NCBI GenBank assembly: GCA_025594325.1
Contig: JANHCV010000003.1
Coordinates: 1,860,001-1,924,000, forward strand
Direction of reading: 5' to 3'
From: Blastocladiella emersonii ATCC 22665
Lineage: Eukaryota; Fungi; Blastocladiomycota
DNA: 64,000 bases
The position numbers were made by a program, and so were the translations under genes. How positions within the stretch are numbered: position 1 is the first letter of the stretch; every line of letters starts with the position of its first letter. The notes beneath the pieces are model-generated. The model worked only from the letters and a program-made list of their open reading frames with translations, did not search any database and was not told the origin of the DNA. This document shows positions 22,322-32,074 of this stretch, one piece after another.

Positions 22322-24373
22322 ATGCCCATTCCGCTCCAAGACCAACCTGCCCTCGCGTCGCGCGGGCCAGCGTGGTCGCACTCTGATGCGGACTCATCGA
22401 TCATCGACTGCTTGCAGACCCGCCCAGGCGATGCGGCCGACTTAGTCACCGATTCCATGGACTCTACGCGCTTCGAAGCACTATGGGGCCACATCACCGA
22501 ATTCTTGCGCAACTCCAGCACCGCCTGTGTCGTGCGGCCGCCCGAGCAGATTGCAAACCGCCTACTCGCGCTTCGGTCAGCGTTCTTGACCGAGTACCAC
22601 ATGCGTGTTTGTGCGAACTCCGAGCAGGGTAACGCGAACCGCACCAGGTTCGATGGTACGACTACACACTGGCCAGCTGACGACGCTAATCGCGAACTAA
22701 TCCACAGTCTTCAATTGCTTGCAGCTGCGTTTCCTCGCTAATTTCCGCTGTACACGCGTCTTCTAGAGCTATGGGGCCCGACTCTCGGCTCTTCACACCC
22801 GCTTGCTGCGCCCGTGATCAAACGGGAGCCAGGCCTAAACGCCGACCCGATCCCGCAACTTGCTTCAGCGGTCGATCCGACCATGGCGGCTATACCGCCC
22901 GCGGCCGAGGACGGGCTGCGGTCCCAGTTGCTCCCTCCCCCGCCGCATCCGTCGCTTTTTCAACCAGACTTTGGCGGGCAGCACCTCAGCATGAGCGGCG
23001 AGCCGGGCACGGTGCAGTCCTTCACCTGGCTCGCCCCGCAGATCTCTTCTGCCGATGATGAGCCCATGGACGTCGAACTGCTGGGTCCTTCGCTTGCCGC
23101 GTCGTCTCGACCATCACACCTCGCGGCCGGACCAGTGCTTGCTTCCTCGACGCGTCCCGCGGAATCGCGCGTCCGCAGTCCGGTCCCGATGGTACACGCT
23201 CAACCACACCGTGTACCAGCGCCGAACTCCCGCAAATCGACTGGAGGCCGCGCACCCAAGAAATCCTTTCTCGCCCTGAACGAGCTGCCCGGCGCACTTC
23301 CTGCTTGGCTGGCCCGCGATCGGAACGGCGTCAAATGGCGCGAGGCGCGGGCGAAAGCGGGCACGCGTCGGGAGCTTACTGAGAAGGCGTGGACCGAGCT
23401 TAACGCCCATGGAATCGATATCAGCGAGGTCCGAAAGGCGCTCGACAAGGCTTTCCTCAAGACACGCGAGATGGTCGAGTTTCTTTCCACCACGCCGCAC
23501 GCCGAGTCGGTCGTGACTGCGTACGGGCGCGAGGCGTTGGATGGTACGTCACGGGTTAGAACTTGGTTAGCCTCGAGCTGACTGCGTCCACGCTCTCGAG
23601 TAGCTGTCATCGAGATTCGGTGCGAAAACTTTTACCCGCTGATTGACGCGTTCGGGTACAGGCCGGCCGACCTGCCATGGTTCCTGCAACCAGCGCCCGA
23701 TATCGCTCAACTGGTCCGCGCCGCGCGAATCGAGTTCCCGCAAGAGCTCAACGGGCTCGTACCTATCGACATGCGCGAGGACTTGCCGCTGCGCTCGCGC
23801 GACAGCGTCCGTGAGTCGGTTTCGGACGCGGATCTTGCAACGCTTCGCGAGGCCGAGCCTTCAGCTCCATCGCTGTCCGAATTCCCGCTGTGGACACCGA
23901 CGCCCGCGAACCAGGCGTGGATTGTGCACGCGCAATGGGCGGCGACGCATGCGCCGGGTAGCTTCGGTGACATTCTTCTGCACCGCGACCCGTACGAGCC
24001 CGAGCCGGCCGCTTCTTCGTCGTCGCCCGCCGGATCCCCTCGCGTCAACGGTCCCGGCGCTTCCAGCTGTATCCGCGCGGGGACCGGCGTCGGCGGCATG
24101 GAAGAGTTTGAGGTCGAGGCGATCGTCGACTCGATGGTCAACACGCGCGTAAAGGACGCGTACGGCCGGATCAAGTGCAAGATCTACTGGCGGCACCACG
24201 GGCTCGACTGGCCCTGGACGCCCGCGCCGGACGTGGTCCCTACGGCGCACGAGGCCTTGGCCGGGTTCTATCGGCTCAATCCGAGCAAGCCGAAATCGAC
24301 GCCCGAGCAGCCCAATGAGTGGATCGAGTGGCTCGACGAGCAGGAGTGCGAGCGTAAGGGCGAGGAGGCCTGA
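22322..24373 (+). pseudogene. Myb/SANT-like x2 + H3-tail mimic + chromodomain protein, copy 1 (exons 22322-22655, 22725-23543, 23604-24373); premature TAA at 22739-22741
   Basis: Collinear with copy 2, with the same intron positions and phases. Junction D|AAFPR*FPLY aligns with copy 2 D|QTLPQFFPLY. RKSTGGRAPKK is at 23231-23263 and the chromodomain starts at 24101 (EEFEVEAIVDS...KIYWRHH...WTP...FYRLNPSKP). Confidence 0.8.
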
Positions 24374-24855
24374 GGGAGCGGATTTCGGGAGTTAGTATAG
24401 TCGTTTCGCTTGCACCTCGTGAGCTCGGAGCCTGGGCCGGCCTGTCACGAGTGAATGGCATGCCTCGTTAAGCAATCGGTGCACGACAGGGTCGCGCGCG
24501 GCGAGGAGGGTCGAAGCGTCGAAGAGCGCGCTGCGCCACGTCGTGATCTCAAGTGCCGCCGCCGCTTGACCAGTTCCCTTGGCTTGAAGACTTGTGTTCT
24601 CGCTCGCTTCACTTGCTCGCCCGATAGTAACCTCACTCCCATGAATAAGATGCTCTACTTGCTGAAATTTGATGTCCGCCCGAACGCGACCTGATCTATC
24701 CCCGCTTCAGCCACATCGGCGCGGTTAGTTGTTCCGGCCTTGCTGTTCGACCGGTGCGAGGATCAGCTGTGTGCATCTCGCATGCAGTCCGGGGGAGGAA
24801 CAGTTGCATAAGCCTCGCTGAAAGTGTACAAGGGTATGTATGTTTTTTAAGGAGC

Positions 24856-24915
24856 CGCAGCATCAGATCGTCGGCCCGCTGCCCGCGCAGCATCAGATCG
24901 TCGGCCCGCTGCCCG
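24856..24915. repeat. Perfect 30-bp tandem duplication containing the GPCR stop codon
   Basis: CGCAGCATCAGATCGTCGGCCCGCTGCCCG at 24856-24885 and again at 24886-24915. Confidence 0.95.
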
Positions 24916-27900
24916 TCGTCTCGTTGCCGCTGATCTGGCGCGGGCGCCCGACCACCTTGACCTGGCTCGAGTTCTCGGGCTCGCCCGTCTTGGAATTGGT
25001 GGACCGGCGCGTCGAGAACCCGCACGCCTTGGCGAGCTGCCCGTTCCACAGCGCGAACTGCGCCGGGTTGCTGAACTGGATGTAGATGGCTTGCGCGTTC
25101 TACATAGTGGGCCGTCAGTGACATGCTGGGAGAGAGTTCAACTTGAAGAACGTACCGCGGTGCGCAGCGAGATGATCCCTGCGACCTGCTGGCTGAGCGA
25201 CCCGACCGTCTCGCTCGACTCGGCGGACCCCGGCGCGCCACCATGCGCGATCTGGCTCGCCGACGGGTTGTGGCCCGCAGAGCTGGCCGTGGACGCCTGC
25301 GACCCGGTCGCCGACATCTCCATCTCGACCACGCCGAACAGCGACTGCGTGAGCTCGATCGTGGCGCCAATGCGGCCCGGGATCGAGACGTCGAAAATGT
25401 TGAGCATCGGCACGGCGGGGTCGCCGAGGTACACGATGAAGGCCGGGAACCATGGCGCGGTCAGCGAATCGACGCGACCCTTGATGACGCGCGCCGACGC
25501 GTGCAGGTACAGCGTCTCGATGGTCGACTTGCCGACGGCGCTCGAGTCCTGCAGACTCGGGTCCGAGATGCCGCGCGACGTCGTGCGCTTGCGCACGTTG
25601 GCCTTGGCACTCCACGCCGGCGATGCCTGCGAGCCGCCCATGGCCGTCGGCGACGCGGTCTTGAGCGCAAACGACGTGTCCGACGCGTCCTTTCCGATGA
25701 TCTCCTTGGACTTGAGAATCGACATGATCTTGGGGCCGAACAGGATCGCCTGCGTGCTGATGCACCCGAGCAGCGTGACCACCGTCTGCACAACGAACCA
25801 CAGGGTCAGGTTCGACGTGCTCGAGACGGCGAGCGGGACGCCGATGGCCGCGAGCGCGATCAGGTTGTACATTACCATGCCAACTGGCAAAATTTCGATG
25901 ACGGGCGGTGAGTACGAGCTCCAGAAAAGGCAGACGGTGAGAGGACGTACTCGACTTGGACTCGTTGAAGCGCGCGATCACTGTGCGCGTCACGAAGCCG
26001 AGCGCCGTGCCGACGAGGATCAGGATCACGTTCTACACGATCAGCGAGCGAGTCAGTTTCAGCCGACAGCACAGGGAAATCAGCGACCACGCACGTAGCC
26101 GATGAGCAGCGCCTCGAACGCGCTCTCAGCCCCGCCGCGGCTCTTGCAAACGACGTTGGTGAGGCCCTCGGCGATGAAGATGTTGGTCGGCACGGGCGGG
26201 TCCGTGGCCACCCACGCGATGCAGATGACGGCGTTCACCATGACGAAGCCGCAGCCCCACGCGACGACCTGCAGGTCCGAGATCTTGCGGCCGCGGAGCT
26301 TGATTGTGTTGAACAGGAGGTAAATGCGCCACGTCTTGGCGACCAGGAAGCCGATCGTGGTCGCGAACCCGAGCGACAGGAGGAACGGGCGCGCCGCACA
26401 CGCGCTGGCCGATGGCGCGCCGACTGCCGGAAATACGGACGCGAGGACAGCAAAGATGCCCGCCTGCATGCCCACCGAGATGGACCACGACGTCGCCTTG
26501 ATGGTCGGGTCCGCGCGGAAGTAGATGATGAACGCCGTGATGGCGAGCGTCACGGCCATGGTCAGCCCAGTCACGAACATGAGCGCGATGGCGACGCCGG
26601 ACTGCGCGCTAATGAACGTGAGCCCGGGGTCCTTGACCGTGCAGTCGCGGTCGGGCCCGAGCAGCCACCCGGACTTGCACTGGCACGCGCCCGAATCGAG
26701 GCAAATCCCGCCGCCCGTGACGCCGGCCGCACCGCACTTGGCCGGGCACGGCGGGCACTCGGTGCTTGGGTCGCGCATCGTGTCGGCGCGGCACACGGCC
26801 GAGGCGAGCGTCGACGCGTCGATGATGCGCGGGCCCGTCTCGAGGAGCGGGTTCTGCAGAATGTAGCCGTCGGTGAGGAAGAACGAGAGCGAGGCCACGG
26901 CCATGTACGCCTGGAGGAACGGCTGCTCGTCGAGCGTGAACGCGATGCGCCCGCCGAGGATGCTGTCGGCAATGTCGGTGCTGACGCCGTACCCGGCCAC
27001 GACCATGTTTGTCGAGCCCGCGGTCGCCGTGAGGACCATCTTGGCCGCTTCGGCCGACGGGTACACGATAGCTGCAACGCGCGGGAATGCTGCGAGCGCC
27101 GACTGAATGTCGACGACCGACTGGACCGTGTTACGCACCGACACGGCGAGCGGGAGCGAGTTGCCGCCAAGGCCTGCAGCGACCACGGTACGGCCGCCGG
27201 TCAGCGCGGCCTGGATCCCAGCGCACTTGAGCGTCATGTCGTCGTTGCCGAGCTCCTGCGTAATGCACAGGACCTGCGCGTTGGCCGGGATCAGCGCGTT
27301 GAGCCGCGCACCGACTAGCGCGCCACTGGCGGTCTCGTTCTGGCCAATGTGCACCAGCGACTTGCCGAGCGCGACGCGGTCGAAGCCGCGAACCATGCCC
27401 GTGGCCCACGTCACGACCGGAATGTTCTGGGCCGCGGCCGCGTCGACGAGCGCGGCAAAGTTTTGGCCAGTACCGGTCGACGGGACGGGGAGCACGAGTG
27501 CCGAGACGCGGTCGTTGATGGTCGTCTGGACCAGCGAGCTGAGCGCCTGCAGGTCGAACAGGTTCGTGTCGACGAACCGAACCGTGGTGCCGTGCTCGCG
27601 CGCCGCGGCGAGGGCACCGAACTTGGCCTGCTGGTAGAACGAGTCGGTTCCCTGCCAGCTGCCCGTCGCCGCGATGGCGATGGTGATCGACTAGGGAGGG
27701 CGGCGGGTTAGATCGGTCGCGCTCGGTGAGAGGGTATCGCAAGCGTACGCTGGCACTCGGGCTCGTGCACCCAGACTGCGTCGGGTCAAGCTGACACAGC
27801 TTGCGCTGCGCGTTGCTGAGCTTTATCACGGACGGGCCCGAGAGCAGGAGCTGCGTCGCGAGTGACATACCGCCGGTCATCTGGTAGACCTTGAGCATCT

Positions 27901-29058
27901 GCACGGTCGTGAAAGTCTGGAGGACCTCCTGCTGGTCGATGGCGAACAGGATCTTGCCTTGCAGAATGGCCGTGCACACGTCGGCCGAAATGTCGAAGGT
28001 GGCGATGGCAATGGACGAGGTGCGGCCCTTGTTCTGTACGACCTGGATCGCGCGCATGACCACATCGGTACCCTGCGTGACGATCGAGTCGAGCCCGTTA
28101 ATCGTGTCGACCGCGTTGCCAATGCCCGCGTCGATGGCCGCGATCGAGGTGCCGTCGACGGTCACGGTCGTGCTCGAGGCGGACGCTACTCGCGGAAGCG
28201 ACGTCAGCCGGAGGATCCCTTCTGTGTGCCGCGAGACGTACCCGTGATCGACTTGAGCCCATCCGAGACGCCGTTGCACCGGGCCACGAGCCCCGCGTTG
28301 CCCGCCTCGTGGTTGATGCACGCGATCTTGACCTTGCCCTCGCGGCCGAGCGTCACGCCGACCTTGAACGCGGCCGTGTACTCGGGCTGGCCGACAAAGT
28401 TCATCCTACACAATCGAGCGGTGTGAGCGTAGAAAGAAGAAGCACCAGCTGTATTGCGACGTACACGCCGACCGACGAAGGGAGACCATCGCCGGCGTTG
28501 TACGCGATGACGGTGGCCTGCTTGTTGCGCGTGATGTTGAGCACCGCGTTCCCGACCGTGGCCATGTCGACTACACGAAGGCGACATGTCAGTGACCCAG
28601 CGATCGAGAGCTCGACCGCGGCGCATACCGATCGTGGTGCCGATGAGCGAAAAGTTGGCGGCCGCATTCGCCACGGCGACCGCGTTCTCGACCGGGTCGA
28701 AGATGAGCGGGTTGAGCGGGTACGCCGAGATGTTGTAGAGCTCGTTGGCGCGGGTGATGCCCGTCTTGGACCGACGCCAGAACGCCTCGCGATTCCAGTC
28801 GCCTACATGCGTGATCAGCGTCATCGGTGAACGTGCGTGAGCGAACGAGACCGTACCATGCGAAACGACGCCAATCTGGACCTCGGAGCGGCGGTGGCAG
28901 GTGCGGCACTGCGCGAGCAGACTCGCCACGGACGACGTGGCGGGCGCGCCGACGTCCGCTGCAGCCACGGCCGTGACCAGGAGCACTGCGAGGAGGGCCG
29001 TAGCGAGGCACAGCAGCATGCTGACGGACGCGGTTGATCGGGTTTGGCCTGGATCCAT
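24893..29058 (-). CDS. Class C (GABA-B-like, 7tm_3) GPCR, 1231 aa, 9 exons: signal peptide, two bacterial-type sugar-binding (type I PBP) domains, EGF-like Cys-rich linker, 7TM, cytoplasmic PH-like domain
   Basis: Exons 29058-28857, 28802-28629, 28570-28465, 28405-28242, 28185-27749, 27690-26095, 26032-25951, 25883-25156 and 25099-24893 sum to 3696 nt with all phases consistent. 7TM motifs are IKATS, AKTWRI, FNESK..YN and FGPKI. PBP motifs are SHGD..AFW, FVGQPEY, CINHEAGN..RCNG and AIDQQ/TLDEQPFLQ. Confidence 0.92.
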
Positions 29059-29540
29059 GACGAGAAATAGATCCGGCGGGACGAGTAGCGATGGCAGGGG
29101 TTCGGAGAGCGTGAACTCGGTACGCGTCGCGTGCGCACCCCGCTCCAGTGCGGAGTCTTTATTTTTCCTCGAGCCTTGTTTGGCTGCTGGCTGTGGCCGG
29201 TGACGGGTGGCGCGACCGGGAGACATGCCAAGGCGCGCCAGGCGCACGAGGCGGGAGACAATATCGCGCACGCCACGCTGTGCTGTCTCCTCGGCGCTAG
29301 TCACGCGCCTATCGGGAGCGTTCGGAAATTCGGAAAACATGAACGACGGGGCGGGCGCGTTTGCCGGGAGCCGAAGCGGAAGGTGGGAGACGCGCTGCGC
29401 CACGGCGTGACGGACGCCTCGTGACAGTCCCACCCTGTTCGAGCGGGCAGCCGTGTTCGCTCTCCGCCTCGCCCACACCTCCGCATGCCGTCTCATGAAA
29501 GTAAACCCCTAGACTTGCTGCAATATTATCTCCATCTGCC

Positions 29541-31775
29541 ATGCTACCGCCGCTCCACGACCAGCTGGATCTCGACACACGCAAGTCGGCGTGGTCGCAC
29601 GCCGAGCTTGACGGCCAGATTCTGGACTTTCTTCAGTCCTGCCCAGCTGACGTGGCCGAATTTCTTGCCGACGCCATGACGCAACCACAGTTTGCCCGGC
29701 TCTATACACAAATCACCGAGCACTCGCGAAGCTTGACCAACAGCAGCGCCGGCGTCGTGCTGTCGCGCAAGCTTGTTGCTCGCCGACTGCTAGCGCTTCG
29801 ATCCGCCTTCTTGTCCGAGTACCGGTCGCGTCTTTCCACCGCATCCGAGGATGGGAACGCGGCTCGTGCCAAGTTTGATCGTACGTACGAGTTGGAGGTC
29901 GAGTCTGGAGAGTGGCGGCGGTACCAACTCACAAACCGTGGAAGAAACACTCCCGCAGTTCTTCCCGCTGTACTCTCGTCTGCTCGAGCTATGGGGCCCG
30001 ATCCTCGGTCCATCGCACTCGGCGACGGTGCCGGTGATCAAGCAGGAGCCCGGGCAATCCGACGCTCAGGCGCCCGTAATCAAGCAGGAGCCGACTCGGA
30101 CTGCTGAGCGGGAGCCCGCCGCTTCTACGCTGGCCGGCCAGACCATGCCGCCCGAGGTTTTGACGCCCGATGTTACGCCACTTCCCGCAGCCGCATCGGA
30201 GCAGCTACCTGTGGCTTCGGCGAAGCCTCGGGATCAAGCGGAGCGGCAGTCGTCGCTCCCACCACTGCCGCAGCCTGGGTCAACCAGTCAGCTTACCGGC
30301 TCCAGTGCGTCAAGTGGCGATGTGTCCGAAATTACGACCGCTTTACCCGACGTGCCCAGACCTCGGCCTCAACCTTCTTTGCTCTCATCCACTCAGCACA
30401 AGCGGCCGGCCGACGATCCCATGGACGTCGATCGGCGCGAGCCGCCCACTTCGCCGGCCGCGCCGCCTCGCCCACAGCCCGCTTCGCCGCGGCAATCTCA
30501 GCCTGCGCCTCGTCCCGCGGTGCCCACGCACACCGTCTCCGTCTCGCCCGAGCAGCGCCCGCCGTGGTTTTCACCTGCCCGAAAGTCGACTGGGGGTAAG
30601 GCGCCGCGGAAGCTTGACTACCGGCACGAGGTCGGCGAGATGCCCAAGCTTCTTCCCGCTTGGCTCGCGCGCAACCGGTACGGCGCCAAGTGGCGTAGCG
30701 CGGCGCCCGGGTCGAGCGCGCGCAAGCAGCTCGAGTCCAAGGCCCAGAGCTACTTGGCGACGGAGATGCACACCAAGCACGGTCACCCGACTTACTGGGA
30801 TAACAACTCGATCCGGGCCCAGATCAAAAAGCTTTTGGGTGAGGTCGAGGCGACTGTCGCGTGGCTGCGCACGTCGCGCCACGCCGAGTGGATCCTCACC
30901 GCGTACGGGCGCGAGACGGTCGATGGTACGTGTCACTCTGCTGATTGTGCGACTACTGGAACTCACCGCGCTTCGCTCTAGCCGTAATCAACCTCCGTTG
31001 CAAAAACTTCAAGTCGCTGTTCGACGCGTTCGGCTTCACGCCCGCCGACCTGCCGTGGTTCATGCGTCCCACCGCCGACATTGGGTCGCTGGTCCGCGCC
31101 GCGCGCATCGAGTACCCGCCCGAGCTCAACGGGGTCGTGCCCGCGGACATGCGCAAGGACGTGCCGCTGCGTCCGCGCAAGCGCGTGCGCGAGTCGGTGT
31201 CAGACGCGGACCTCGCCAAGCTGCGCGAGTCGGAGCCCGCTCCTTCGACGCCGCTGCCCGAGATCCCGTTGTGGGCCCCAACGCCCGCCAACCAACTGTG
31301 GGAGCCGCTGGCGCAGTGGGCCATGACGCGGGCGCCGATCTGTTTCGGCGACATTCTCCTGCATCGCGACCCGTACGAGCCCGAGCCCGAGCCAGCATCG
31401 CCCAAGAAGCGCAAGCGCGGCGGCGGTGCCGACGGCGATGGCGCGACAACCAGCAGCTGCGTGCACGCGGGCTCCGACTTTGACGAGGACGAGTTCGAGG
31501 TCGAGGCGATCGTGGACTCGATGGTCAACTCGCGCACCAAGGACGCGTACGGCCGGATAAAGTACAAGATCTACTGGCGGCACCACGGCGTCGAGTCGCA
31601 CCAGCCGTGGACGCCCGCACCCGACGTGGTGCCCACGGCGCCCGAGGCCGTGGCCGAGTTCCACCGCATCAACCCGACCAAGCCGAAGCCGACGCCTGAG
31701 CAGCTCAACGCGTGGATCCCGTGGCTCGACGAGGAGGAGCGCCTGCGCAAAGCCGAGGAGGCCGCGGGCGCGTGA
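29541..31775 (+). CDS. Myb/SANT-like x2 + histone H3-tail mimic + chromodomain protein, copy 2 (exons 29541-29880, 29945-30925, 30982-31775; 704 aa)
   Basis: Intact if intron 1 (29881-29944) uses an AAG acceptor. ARKSTGGKAPRK is at 30577-30612. Chromodomain: EFEVEAIVDS...YKIYWRHHG..WTP...AEFHRINPTKP. Two VIKQEP SUMO consensus motifs. Confidence 0.85.
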
Positions 31776-32074
31776 GTTGAACGCGCTGACGATCGACAAC
31801 AAGTTGTATTCACATTTTCCCGTGTTTTCATGAGTCTCGAGAGTTCGGCAACTCGCCTTGACAGCGTGCTCGCGCTTGTGCGCACATGAACGCGAGTTTC
31901 TGCGACTCGCGGCTCGTTACGCGCGGCGTTGCTCGGACGCGTTGCGCCACATCGAGATGCAGCCCGCCGGCTGCCTCGCTTCCGCCCGCGCATACTCACG
32001 AGTCCCGTAGTGTTGAAAACCTGGCTGTACATTCTCGTCGTATTCATACACTTTCCGGCCCCCGCCGCTCTCCC

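Noticed and set aside
22030-24500. Retrotransposon (chromovirus) or Harbinger element around the chromodomain genes
   Set aside because: No RT, integrase, DDE transposase, LTRs, TIRs or TSDs were seen, and the genes have spliceosomal introns. Only a domain-level origin is proposed.
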